64,000 nucleotides of DNA from an uncultured Planctomycetaceae bacterium (GCA_942492455.1 CALOFE010000007.1:406958-470957), one strand, 5' to 3'. Positions 41,701 to 52,101 are shown, numbered from the stretch's first letter. The notes: a model not told the origin generated them from the sequence alone. A program made the numbers and translations.

Positions 41701-42258
41701 CGGCGGATGGAGGCCGAGGCGATTCGCGATTCGATTTTGACCGTTTCCGGCCGGTTGCAACCAAAATTATTTGGCGAAAGCATTCAACCGTTTCGCCCCG
41801 AATCGAATCCCACCCGTCGGCTATTCGCCGGGCCGTTGGACGGAGAGGGGCGCCGCAGTCTGTACATTAAGGTCAATCTGATGGAGGGGCCAAAGTTTTT
41901 GAGTGCCTTCAATCTCCCCGGTGGAAAAATCACCCAAGGCCGCCGCGATGTCACCAATGTGCCGGCGCAGGCGCTGACACTCTTAAACGACAGTTTTGTG
42001 TTGCAGCAAGCGGGGGTCTGGGCAGAGGCGGTGACCCAAGACAATGCTGTTACAGTTGGCGAACGACTAATGACGATGTTTGAAGCTGCTTTGGGACGCC
42101 CCGCAACGCTGCTGGAAATTGAGAGGTTTGAGGAACTGATTGATACGCTGGTGCAGATTAAAGAGATCCCGCGCGAGGAGATGCTGTCGTCCAAAGAGAT
42201 CTGGCAGGACGTGGCGCATATTTTGTTTAATGGCAAAGAATTCATTTATATCCCCTGA
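38773..42258 (+). CDS. planctomycete cytochrome c/DUF1549/DUF1553 protein
   Basis: FEKKIRPVL..CYECH, GERWARHWMD, CARCHDHK and NPLTARVMVNRVW; true start probably 38848-38899. Confidence 0.9.
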   Translation: MSGSRSWGEYVHNGDENRPFGNPLPMNCPSLTMFPRNQRCALMALAVVFSWMGTCRGDDAAGLELFEKKIRPVLIQSCYECHSSQEDKPKGGLRLDSREAARTGGDSGAAIVPGEPDESLLIEAMRHESFEMPPQAKLSDETIADFVKWIEIGAPDPRDRPDSSTVDNAWPVLLNARRDWWSLQPVVRPAVPEIETNPPSGTIDRFILAKLANAGIAPPKQAAPRTLIRRLSLVLTGLPPTPKEVDRFLRDSEVNPEAAYESLVDRLLNSPHFGERWARHWMDVVRFTETHGNEWNYEVHHAWRYRDYLIRAFNADVPYDQFVREHIAGDLLEHPRWNDEQQLNESLIGTSFYRFGEVNHDDCVTLTSIGYDILDNQIDTLTKAFQATTVACARCHDHKMDAVSAADYYALLGILKSSRLTAHTLDAPAVNAELMEQLSALKSQLREELAQHWQSQTGDIAKYMLAAQARIAKSSEADVLATGLSATRLEGWVKALSVEKPGIDHPAHAWQAANAADDIPNAWRELAVSFEKDRQTHETFNAEQFTRLADFRDDDPTEWSATGQGLRQGHTTSGEFTVAHDGDNVVRQILPAGRFTHVLSEKLNGTLRSPVIGGGKSHISFQVLGEKTSAVRLVSNNCQLNYANYRALTSPQPTWVTFKVPDNAEMLRTFSELVTKFDNPKFPDQLGTLGGDKTNDRIPWSEAATDPRSYFGILQVVAHDSGDPPKPDLSPLARLYVEAKTIVSTAEIADKYSAAIQTAVEHWSAGTAGDDDVYWLSWCVENNLLDHAVNASPQIEKLVGAYRKIEEQLARPRLAAGIADLGVGQDHRILLRGNFATLGDVVPRRYLEVLSNSATNSLPTGSGRRELADQIASSHNPLTARVMVNRVWHHLFGAGIVRSVDDFGHVGDLPSHPQLLDHLAARFVEPAGSDSDGMGWSLKSLVREIALSRTFRATGRSELTAIEIDPQNRLLHHYPVRRMEAEAIRDSILTVSGRLQPKLFGESIQPFRPESNPTRRLFAGPLDGEGRRSLYIKVNLMEGPKFLSAFNLPGGKITQGRRDVTNVPAQALTLLNDSFVLQQAGVWAEAVTQDNAVTVGERLMTMFEAALGRPATLLEIERFEELIDTLVQIKEIPREEMLSSKEIWQDVAHILFNGKEFIYIP

Positions 42259-42309
42259 AAACGTTTTCGTTTGCCAATGAGCGGCGAAACCGTGGGAATA
42301 GTTGGCCGT

Positions 42310-43725
42310 ATGAATCTTCACAGCAACAATTGTCCAGGGCGCGGGCCGCGACCGTTTTCGCGGCGCAGCATGCTGAAATCGTCGGCCAACGGTTTCGGAA
42401 TGTTAGCGCTGTCGGCGTTGATGTCGGAACGCGCTTATGGGGCGCCGGCCACGGGACCACATTTTGCGCCGACGGCTAAAAATGTCATCTTCTGCTTTCT
42501 GGATGGTGGGGTCTCGCATGTGGATTCGTTCGACCCCAAGCCGAAGCTTGAGGAAGTGGACGATCAACCGGCCGGTGAGATCGATAATCCGACGGCGAAT
42601 GTGAATCGCAAATGGCTCAAGTCCCCGTGGAAGTTCGCCAAGCATGGCGAATCGGGATTGCCGGTCAGCGAATTGTTTCCGCACATCGCCAGTTGTGTCG
42701 ACGATCTGGCGGTGATTCGTTCGATGAAAGCGGACCTGCCGATTCATTCCACGGGAGTGTTGTTTTTGCACACCGGGTCCAACGTGGCCGGGCGACCAAG
42801 TCTTGGCTCGTGGGCCAGTTATGGGTTGGGCAGCGAAAATCAAAATCTGCCGGGGTTTGTGGTCTTAAATTTTGGCGTGATTCCTTGCGGGGGATTGGAA
42901 AACTATTCCAGCGGGTTCTTACCGGCCAGTTATCAGGCGACGTTGCTCAATGCCGATGGTCCACCATTGGAGAATATCACGCCGGGCGATAGCCGCGCGG
43001 GGGTGCAGCGTGCCAAACTGGATTTGCTCAAATTACAGGACCGCGCATTTGCGGAGACGCTGGGGGGCAACGACGCCGTCGAATCGGCCGTTAAAAACTA
43101 TGAACTTGCCTACCGCATGCAATCGCTCGTCCCGGACGTGCTGGATTTGTCGCGGGAAACGAAAGCGACGCAGTCGCTGTATGCGATCGATTCCAAAGTC
43201 GACTCACAGCGGCTGTATGGGATTCAATGCCTTCGCGCGCGGCGGTTGATTGAATCGGGTGTTCGTTTTGTGGAGATCACCTGCCCTCCAGGTGCTTCGA
43301 ACGGCACATGGGATCAACACGGGGCGCTGAAGAAGATGCACGAGAAAAACGCGCTCGACACTGATCAGGCGATTGCCGGTTTGATCAAGGATCTCAAAGC
43401 CCGCGGGCTATTTGACGAAACCTTGATCGTCTGGGCGGGGGAATTTGGACGCACGCCGCATGCGGCCTCCCGCGATGGCCGCGATCATCATCCCGAAGGC
43501 TTTACCGTTTGGCTGGCTGGTGGAGGCGTTAAAGGGGGCGTGGTTCATGGGGCGACTGACGAGTTGGGCATGCATGCGGTGGAGAATGTCTGCACGATGC
43601 ATGATCTGCACGCCACGATATTGCATCTATTGGGCTTGGATCACCAACGCCTGACTTACCGTCACGGTGGTCGCGACTTTCGCCTGACCGATGTGCATGG
43701 TGAAGTGATTCACGAAATCCTGTGA
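42310..43725 (+). CDS. DUF1501 family protein with Tat-like signal
   Basis: SRRSML, HFAPTAKNVIF, WDQH, GEFGRTP and GRDHHP. Confidence 0.92.
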   Translation: MNLHSNNCPGRGPRPFSRRSMLKSSANGFGMLALSALMSERAYGAPATGPHFAPTAKNVIFCFLDGGVSHVDSFDPKPKLEEVDDQPAGEIDNPTANVNRKWLKSPWKFAKHGESGLPVSELFPHIASCVDDLAVIRSMKADLPIHSTGVLFLHTGSNVAGRPSLGSWASYGLGSENQNLPGFVVLNFGVIPCGGLENYSSGFLPASYQATLLNADGPPLENITPGDSRAGVQRAKLDLLKLQDRAFAETLGGNDAVESAVKNYELAYRMQSLVPDVLDLSRETKATQSLYAIDSKVDSQRLYGIQCLRARRLIESGVRFVEITCPPGASNGTWDQHGALKKMHEKNALDTDQAIAGLIKDLKARGLFDETLIVWAGEFGRTPHAASRDGRDHHPEGFTVWLAGGGVKGGVVHGATDELGMHAVENVCTMHDLHATILHLLGLDHQRLTYRHGGRDFRLTDVHGEVIHEIL

Positions 43726-43748
43726 ACCTGTCAGCGGCAACGACTGGC

Positions 43749-44573
43749 TCAAATTCCACTGCCGTCGGCGTGGTGATGCGGCAGCATGTGATCCATGTCG
43801 AGTGCCGGTTCGGCCACCGAGAGCCGTCCCACGATTTTGGCCGGAATTCCGGCGACCGTGCAATGCGCGGGAACATCCTCTAAGACAACGCTACACGCTG
43901 CGATTTTTGCACCAGTGCCGATTTCGACATTCCCCAGGATTTTGGCACCGGCGCCGACCAGTACGCCATGCCGGACTTTGGGATGGCGGTCCCCGGTCGC
44001 CTTTCCGGTTCCCCCCAAAGTCACTTCGTGTAGCATGGAGACATTGTTTTCCACGACGGCGGTTTCGCCGATCACGACCGAGGTGCCATGGTCCAGCAAG
44101 ATGCCTTGTCCGATGCGGGCGGCCGGGTGAATATCCGCAGCGAAGACCTCTGAAATGCGGCTTTGCAGGTGCAGCGCCATCGCCCGCCGATCCTGCCCCC
44201 ACAACCAATGCGCGACACGATAACTTTGTAGCGCATGAAAGCCTTTGAAAAATAGCATTGGCACATAATAGTATTCCGAGGCCGGGTCGCGGTCGCGGAC
44301 CGCTTGAATGTCACACCGCATGGCAGCGCGGATCTGCGGATCGTTGGCGAAGGCTTCGTCAATGACTTCGCGGATCAACATTGCTGTCACATTCACATCG
44401 GCCAATTTGCCCGCGAGGTGGAAACTCATTGCATCTTCGAGTGTCTCATGTTTGAGTACCGTTGCGTGCAGAAAACTTGCCAAAATTGGCTCTTGGGTGG
44501 CCGCATGCTGAGTCTCGGCGCGGATTGTGTCCCAGATCTTGTCGTCGCCCATAGTTTGTCTGGCGTCCGGCAC
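43749..44573 (-). CDS. cysE: serine O-acetyltransferase
   Basis: RDPA, KGFHALQSYR, DIHPAA, DHG, TLGGTGK..GDRHPK and hexapeptide repeats. Confidence 0.96.
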   Translation of the reverse strand: MPDARQTMGDDKIWDTIRAETQHAATQEPILASFLHATVLKHETLEDAMSFHLAGKLADVNVTAMLIREVIDEAFANDPQIRAAMRCDIQAVRDRDPASEYYYVPMLFFKGFHALQSYRVAHWLWGQDRRAMALHLQSRISEVFAADIHPAARIGQGILLDHGTSVVIGETAVVENNVSMLHEVTLGGTGKATGDRHPKVRHGVLVGAGAKILGNVEIGTGAKIAACSVVLEDVPAHCTVAGIPAKIVGRLSVAEPALDMDHMLPHHHADGSGI

Positions 44574-44626
44574 CGGCGTTGCCTTTGGTGTATGATGATG
44601 ATGAAAATGTGCAGCGGTGGGCGAGA

Positions 44627-47600
44627 TTATTCGCGTTCGATTTTTATGCCGCTGAGAATCGGAGCGTCACTTCCATCGCGCGGGACGAATTCGACAACGA
44701 GATTGTCAGTCACAGAAATCCCGACCACTTCGTGTACGGCTGATCGCCCGTTCCCCTGATCCGATTCGTCGAGGCCCACGTTTTCCAGTAATGTCTCGCC
44801 TTGGATTTTTACATCAAATTTCGCTGCAGCGGATGGATCGCCACCATGGCGTCCCGTGAAATAGAATTTAACACGATAGCTTGCCGGGTCGGCCCCCTGC
44901 TCTTGCAGTGGGATGGTGAGTTGATTTAATCCTTCGGCCCAATAGGAGTAGATCCAGGGAGATTCAACATCTTCCAATGCTTCCGCTTGGCTATTGATGC
45001 CGGAGTATTTCCCGCCGTCGGCGAAGTCAGTTTGCAATTCCAACGGCAGGACCAATCCGGTCTCCTTGTACGCTTTGGGGCGAGGATAGGCCAACCAGAC
45101 GGTTCCGCCCGCGTCGCGACGATCTCCCGGAGCACCGAAGTTCAGTGCCAAATGTTTCACCGGCGTTGATTTTCCTACGGAACTATAGATCGTCCAATCC
45201 CGCCGGGGTTCGCGCGGTTCCATCACAATGGTCGAGGCAATCGAAAATAGACAGACACAACCCGCACTCGCTTCGGGGACCATCAACAGGCCGTTGGCGG
45301 GAATCATGTTGATCCAGCATCCGGTACGGTGTCCGGCGAAGTGCCGGGTGCCGTTGTCGGCGTTCAGGTCGTAAAACCCCGTAAAGCCGGAGCGGAAAAA
45401 CATCATGTCCGGCGTGGCGGTCATCATGCCACAATGGTGTCCGGTACGGACCATGCTCCAGGGGACTTCTTCGCCGGTGATCGGATGTTTTCGCATGCGC
45501 TGCGCGCCGGTGTAGAGGTCAAATCCCCACGGTTCGGCGACGATCTGATCTTCGATAATGATTGGACGATGCCGATAGTTGGCATCCTTGGCCCACAACT
45601 TGTGTCCATCTTCGCCCGACAGCGCCACGAGTCGGCGGCTTTTGAATTCCCCGGCGAGGAATTGCTTCCAGTAGTGGCCGTTGGCGTTGGCGCCGCAGAG
45701 CACCAGCACGTTGTTTTGCACCATCAAGGTCAACTTGCCCCCGCCAGTGCCGATTTCACTGCAATCGGTCACGTCGACCGGTGTTTCCCACAATTTTTCA
45801 CCGGTTCGCGCATCCAGAGCGACCGCCAAGCGGGCGTCGATCCGTTTCATCCGTCTTCGGCCTCTTTGGCTTCGTCGCCGGTCAGTTTTTTTAGTTCCGT
45901 TTTGTCTTCACGCAGCAATTCATCGCGTTGGTCACTGGTGATTGTGCTGTCGATGAAGAACACCCGTTCCGGTCCCAAGGCAATGGTGTGGTGGGCGATA
46001 TGCTTGCCTTGATAGCTCCAGGCAGTTTTACCCGTCTTGGTGTCGATGGCGAACAAGCCGGTCGTGCTGTCGTCGGTCACTTTGCCGCGACGTTGCTTAC
46101 GGCGTTCGACTTCTTGGCGGATCGTGGCGGTGCCGATCAGCAGGCCGTCTTGGTAGGCCAGATAACCCCATTCGTGATCCTCGCCTCCTGCTTCGGGTGG
46201 AACGGTGTAGGTCGCTTTGATTTCGCCGGTCGCCAGATCGAGGTTATGACATTCTCCACGCACCATGACGAACAGATCGTCGCCGCCGGCTACGAGGTTT
46301 CCAGGATTTTGATTTTGAAAGACACCGGTCCGCACGGCATTGGGTTCCTCCCGCTCCCACAAGAACATGCCGTTGTAGGCGTCGTAGGCCATGACGCTGT
46401 TTTCGCCCTGCACGATCAATCGGCCGTCGATGGAAAGTGGGCCAACGGCCCCGTCGTGCCGGTTGACCATTTTGCCGGGACCGGGATCACCGTACCACAG
46501 GACGCCCAGCCCGCCCTTCAAGCGGCGGTCGGTGCTACTGGCGGTGTTTCCCGGATCGCCGTATTGGTGCGACCAATTGGCTGCGCCCGGGAGTTTGTCG
46601 CGGGTCAATGTGATCGCCGCTCCTTTGGTCGAAGTGTGTGATTGGTCGGCCAATTTCATACCCGCCAACCAGTCCTTTCGGCTTTGGACTGCTTGTGAGG
46701 GATCGTCCGTTTTGCCGCCCAGATAGACCACACCGCCGAGCGGTTTGAGGTGTCGCGCGATTTCCGCCGGATTTCCAGGAACAGTTCCGCCCAGCAATTG
46801 GGTGTCGGAAACGATCAAGTTCGCGAAATAACTTGAGTAAGGCACCGGTGCAAAATCGGCCTGATGCACGGTCACCCGACTGCCGTAGAGTCCTGCTGCG
46901 TTGAGGGCTTTGCGGGCGGCAGCCACTTTGTCTGCGTCCGGTTCCAAGCAATACAACGTCAAATCGCTTTGCCGTGCCAGCTCATAGGCGAGTCGTCCCT
47001 GTTCGCTGCCTAGCACCAGTGCGAAGCCGCGATTGACGCCGGTGGTCTTTAAGATGTCCGCCGCTGCGTCTTGATAAAACTTTGTCAGTTCATCTTGGGG
47101 ATAGGGATCAGCACCAATGTTCTTTTTCGCAACCGCCGACGGTGCAGCGGGCGTATCGGCTGATGCGAACGCATAGATCTTGCCGGTGCTAGTGCTCACA
47201 AACAGATTTCCGCCGGCAACGGCCAATCCGCGGGCTTCGCCGTCGACCGGGGCACTCCAGAGAGCCTCACCCGTTTCGGCGGAAAAGGCGGCGACTTCTC
47301 CATCCTTACCGGCAAAGACCAAATCTCCGGTCACCAATAACGATGACTCTCCATCAAACGGAGTTTTCCAGATGACACCGACTTGGTCTGCTTGTTGGAT
47401 TTTGGCTTCTAGTTCCTTCATCTCCTTTTTGGCTTGCTCTAATTCTTCGCCTTCCGTGGTATAGATCTTGCGCATGATCGGCCGCCGACCTTCTTCCATC
47501 TTGTGGCGTTTGCGGCTACCGGCGGCGTACGCATCGCGGTCGAGTTTGATCAACGATTGTCCGCTGAGCGTGAATGCGAATTCATCGGCCATCGCCAATT

Positions 47601-48618
47601 GATAACCGGTAAACCAACCGTACCCCACATCCCCGGTCTCTTGTTCCATCGGCAGAATATGGTGATCGCCCCAGCAGAAGATTTGTCCCGACGCGAGCAA
47701 CGCCTTCGAGCCGCCTACAACCCCACCCGCGTCGCCCCGCCAACCGTGAACGCGTTTGTGGACGACTTTGCCCGTCTTACGATCCACTGCCGCCGGCAAT
47801 GAACGCCCGGAGGGGACAAATAACAATTCGTCGTTAGCTAGCAGATAACCTTGCGGCGACAGGTCGTTGCGACCGGCATCCTCTTCACTGATCGTGTCTC
47901 GTTTCCAGACCAAGGAACCGTCATTCGCGTTCACCGCGTAGAGGTAGATATTCTCATGTGGGAAAATTCCAGCGCCAAAATAGGCGATGCCGTCATCGAC
48001 GAGAATCCCCGTGCGGATCGGCCAGCGTGAAATCATCTCTTGTCGTGCGATCAGCCAGTCGTCGTCGGGGCCAGCGCGGTGTTTCCAGATCAGGCCGCCG
48101 TCTTCGCTGTTGAGGCAATAGGCGTTGCCATCGTCCGATCCGAAGTAAACGCGGCTGTCGGCTACTGTCGGGGCCAATCGAATCGGTCCTCCACTATAGA
48201 AACTCCACAGCTCTTTACCGTTGTTGATGTCGACACAGTGCAATTGATCATCGACCGATGATCCGTAGTACAAGCGATTTCCCACAACGGCGACGTGAAA
48301 TGCATCGTCGAAGGTAATGCGATCTCGCAGGATTTTCCCTTCAAACGTACGCTCGTTGGGGCCTGCCCAAGCCATTTGCGGCGCAGTGTCGGCCGAAATC
48401 GTCCAGCGTTGTTGTAGCGGCACCTTAATGGATTCGGTTGTGTGACCGGCGCGAGCGTTGTCGTGCATGTAGGTGGGCCAGTCATCGGCCAGGGACGAAT
48501 TGGGCAGACAGCTTCCCAACCCGATTATCGCTGCGCACATCAAGAACGCAGCCTTGGTGAATTCACGCCACGTCGAGTGCTTGTCAAAACTGTTCGTTGA
48601 ACGAATAACGTGATCCAT
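44627..48618 (-). pseudogene. large secreted PQQ-type beta-propeller / SAM-methyltransferase-like multidomain protein, split at about 45850 (frameshift or fission)
   Basis: Signal peptide, DWPTY.HD..R.G, repeated G...W propeller blades, LVLGSEQGRLA..FANLIV MTase-like segment; ORF1 stops mid-blade and ORF2 continues LVALDARTGEKLW. Confidence 0.75.
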
Positions 48619-48820
48619 GTCAGAATCCTTGCCTGTATGGGCGGTCTGTTGAACAATGGCTCGTCTTGCAGTTTCCCGCGAGACTGTCGCGATAACTGTG
48701 AATTCCAGTATACTTGTTGGAATCCCTCAGTTCGAGTGACTCCGTCGAGGGAACGATTGGCCTAATGAATTTCTTATGAATACCATGCCCGCCAGAATGG
48801 GCAGTCTGAAGGGAGACGTG

Positions 48821-49903
48821 ATGATGGGTTTGCAGCAGAGGTTGTCAACGTTGATGGGGGCAGTCGTCATGGGAGTTGCCGTGTTTTCCAGCGCGCAGGC
48901 CGCCGAACAGCAACCGGGTGTCCTCAAAGAGGAATTCATCTACGAGACCGCTCCATTTCCCTCGTGCCACGCTTCGACGATTGTTGAAACCGATACTGGT
49001 CTGGTTACCGCTTGGTTTGCCGGCAAACACGAGAAGAACCCCGATGTCGGAATTTGGGTCTCGCGGCAAGAGGACGGAAAATGGACGCCGCCGGTTGAAG
49101 TCGCCAATGGAATTCAATACGCCGGAAAACGGCATCCTTGTTGGAATCCCGTGCTGTTTCAACCCAAAGAAGGCCCGCTGTTATTGTTCTATAAAGTCGG
49201 CCCGGACCCGCGCACGTGGTGGGGCATGTTGACGACGTCAGCCGATGGCGGCAAGACGTGGGACCAACCGCGACGACTCCCTGAGGGAATCGATGGTCCG
49301 GTTAAAAACAAACCGATTCAATTGGCCAATGGCGACATCCTCTGTGGATCGAGCACCGAATACGACGGCTGGCGTATCCATTTTGAACGGACGAGCGACT
49401 TAGGGAAAACCTGGGAACGGATCGGACCGATCAATGACGGCGAAGAATTCAATGCGATTCAGCCCAGCATTTTGACGTATGAAGATGGTCGGATGCAGAT
49501 CCTTTGCCGTAGCCAAGAACAAGTGATCACACAGAGTTGGTCGGAGGATGGTGGCAAAACGTGGAGCAAGATGACGGCGACCGAGTTGCCCAATCCGAAC
49601 TCCGGCACCGATGCGGTCACGTTGGCCGATGGACGCCAAATACTGATTTATAATCACTCGATCCGTAACGGACGCGGGCGGGGATTACTCAACGTGGCGG
49701 TTTCGGAAGACGGAAAAAATTGGAAAGCGGCTTTGGTGCTTGAAGACCAAAAAGGGGAATTCTCGTACCCCGCCGTCATTCAAACCGCTGATGGTTTGGT
49801 GCATTTCACTTACACCTACCAACGTGAAAAGGTCAAACACGTCGTTGTCGATCCGTCGAAGTTTGTGCTTCACGACATCGTTGATGGCAAATTGCCCGAT
49901 TGA
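48821..49903 (+). CDS. secreted BNR_2/Asp-box sialidase-family protein
   Basis: Signal peptide; CHASTI, WNPVLF, four SxDxGxTW-type boxes and FSYPA. Confidence 0.88.
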   Translation: MMGLQQRLSTLMGAVVMGVAVFSSAQAAEQQPGVLKEEFIYETAPFPSCHASTIVETDTGLVTAWFAGKHEKNPDVGIWVSRQEDGKWTPPVEVANGIQYAGKRHPCWNPVLFQPKEGPLLLFYKVGPDPRTWWGMLTTSADGGKTWDQPRRLPEGIDGPVKNKPIQLANGDILCGSSTEYDGWRIHFERTSDLGKTWERIGPINDGEEFNAIQPSILTYEDGRMQILCRSQEQVITQSWSEDGGKTWSKMTATELPNPNSGTDAVTLADGRQILIYNHSIRNGRGRGLLNVAVSEDGKNWKAALVLEDQKGEFSYPAVIQTADGLVHFTYTYQREKVKHVVVDPSKFVLHDIVDGKLPD

Positions 49904-50040
49904 ATCGTTTGCCGGTAAAGTCAGGTCGTTGCAGTTAAGAGACGGTTTGCTGACCGTGACACTGCGGCGACCGGCTCGTCGGTCAAGCTATTGATGACCG
50001 GCGAGCAACGAGGGTGGGAAGTCTTCCGCGAAAAGATCAG

Positions 50041-50970
50041 CTACGGAATCTGCCGAAACTCCGCGTCGAACACTGCGCGGCAGGTTTGTTGTTCCTCATC
50101 GCTCAATCCGAGATACGGGGGGAGCATGCGTGTGGGGAATTGCGGATCACGCAGCCACAAGAAGGTCTTGTCGTAACAGCCATCGATCATCCGTCGCTGA
50201 CAATGCGCAAACAGACGTCGCGTGACGCTGTGCAGCACGGCGGTGATGCGAAATAGCTCGGGCAGATCATCGTCCAACCCTGCCTGGAACAGTTGCCAAG
50301 TGGTCTTGGGAAATAGCCCCGCATGGCTGCAGAGTAGCGAACACTCGCCGATCGAGCAGCCCATGGCAAAATTGGACTCGAGCAGAAAATGCTGCAAATC
50401 GGGAGTATGTTTCAGCAGGTCGGCGGTGCGGGCGTAGTCGGTGGAACTGTTTTTGGTGGCGACGAGATTGGGAACAGAATCGGCGATGCGACGATACTCC
50501 GCTCCCCCGATAATCCGCCCGACGCGCGGCAAGTTGTAATGCAGGAATCGACAATCGGGGAATGCGCCGCACACCGATTTGAAGAAAAGCATGGTTTCGG
50601 ATTCATCGAGCGGGCCCCAACTGGGCAACGAGATTTGAAACATGCGGATGCCGTAGTGATACGCGCAAGCAATCCGTTCGGTGATCTGTTCCATGGACAG
50701 CGCAATCACGCCGACTTGCGGATCAAGCCCATCGCCTACGGTCAACTCGGCAAAGGTTTGAACGACCTGCTGAAAACGCCGATCGTTGAGCGCATAACCT
50801 TCGCCCGCGGTCCCCATCACGTACAGGTTCCGGTATCCCGCCTGTAAGAACGTGTTGACATGCTCGGTGAATGCGGCGACATCAAGTTCCCAGTCTGCGG
50901 TCCAAGGGAGCATGCAAGCCGCCAAGTTGCGGCGGGGGTAACGCATTTCGATGGGGGCGGCTTCGATCAT
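50041..50970 (-). CDS. DapA/NAL-superfamily (dihydrodipicolinate synthase family) lyase
   Basis: GTAGEG, HYNLP (catalytic Tyr) and ATKNS (Schiff-base Lys). Confidence 0.82.
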   Translation of the reverse strand: MIEAAPIEMRYPRRNLAACMLPWTADWELDVAAFTEHVNTFLQAGYRNLYVMGTAGEGYALNDRRFQQVVQTFAELTVGDGLDPQVGVIALSMEQITERIACAYHYGIRMFQISLPSWGPLDESETMLFFKSVCGAFPDCRFLHYNLPRVGRIIGGAEYRRIADSVPNLVATKNSSTDYARTADLLKHTPDLQHFLLESNFAMGCSIGECSLLCSHAGLFPKTTWQLFQAGLDDDLPELFRITAVLHSVTRRLFAHCQRRMIDGCYDKTFLWLRDPQFPTRMLPPYLGLSDEEQQTCRAVFDAEFRQIP

Positions 50971-51049
50971 CGGCGGTTCACACTCCAATAGGCCGGGATG
51001 TTTCTTGCGTTGCTCAATCGGAGCTTAGGGTGTTTGACTGCAGGCGCAC

Positions 51050-51079
51050 AAAAAAACCGCCCGAATTGATTCGGGCGGC
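51050..51079 (-). terminator. strong intrinsic terminator with no upstream minus-strand CDS
   Basis: Minus strand: CCGCCCGAA-tcaa-TTCGGGCGG-TTTTTTT. Confidence 0.8.
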
Positions 51080-51666
51080 TAACAGTCTATCGTAATTGTT
51101 CAAACCTTTCAGAAAAGTGGGCCTAAAAACCGAAGCGATTTGCGAATCGCACGGCACGGTGCTGGGCATACCATCGACGCTTGGCAATGTTCGACGAATG
51201 TCGTCGTTTTCGGGTTCCATCGGGCATTGTGCCAGTCTCCACCATGTCGAGCAAAAAATGTGATTGCCTTTGAGGCTGTGCGACCGCGGCGTTTAGTTGA
51301 CAATCCCTTGGTATTTGTCATTGAGTGTTTGGCCGGGTTGTGTCTTGCCTCACCAAGAAGGATCACGAACCGCCGCCAAAACCGGACACGCATTTTCCCG
51401 GAAACTGCTTTTTATTTCGTAATTCAGTTTTCGATGGCTGGGAGTTCCTCGTCAGATTTTTCGTTACATTTTGCACAACAGGACCTTGAAGGGGAGATGT
51501 CGCATTATCTGTGGCATCCCGAAAATGGTTTTCTGGACTGACTCATAGGATCGTGAGCTATCTTGGTGGTGTTGATTAGTTTTTTAAAAATTCGCTTTGG
51601 CATTGCGATGTTTTCCCAGACACCGATCCCCGGCCGTATCCCTGGTCAGTAGCTAGCGAACCAACG

Positions 51667-52101
51667 ATGGAACAATTCTCACCACCGGCTCCCTTGACTG
51701 ACAGTCAAGATGAAGCAGCGATTCGACTCTTAAATGATCTCGATCATTGGGCGGACCGTTGCAAAGGGCATTATTCGACAAAGCGCACACAACCCCGTAA
51801 TACCTTTCGGCAGCGCGTTGCGGTGTTTGTCCCGGACGGGTACACGCGGTTCGCCGAAAAGACGGTGTACTATTCGTTCGAGGCTTGGGCGCGCAACCTT
51901 TCCTCAGGCGGTGTTTCGTTGCTGTATCCCGGGCAACTCAAGTTTGAGAAGGCAATTGTTTGCCTGAGTCCGGACCAAGAACAGAAACGGTTTTTCTACG
52001 TACGCACCTGTCGTAATCGCCGTGTCTCGCAGGATTTCTGGGAATATGGAATGCAATTCGAAGGAGTGGTGGAAGACAGCGATTCGCCGTCGCTGGATTA
52101 G
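51667..52101 (+). CDS. PilZ-like domain protein
   Basis: RTQPR (RxxxR), NLSSGG (D/NxSxxG) and YGMQF. Confidence 0.75.
   Translation: MEQFSPPAPLTDSQDEAAIRLLNDLDHWADRCKGHYSTKRTQPRNTFRQRVAVFVPDGYTRFAEKTVYYSFEAWARNLSSGGVSLLYPGQLKFEKAIVCLSPDQEQKRFFYVRTCRNRRVSQDFWEYGMQFEGVVEDSDSPSLD

Noticed and set aside
51014-51393. Small minus-strand ORFs (68 aa and 94 aa)
   Set aside because: No recognisable motifs or good RBS; the 68-aa ORF runs through a strong terminator, so a non-coding interpretation is preferred
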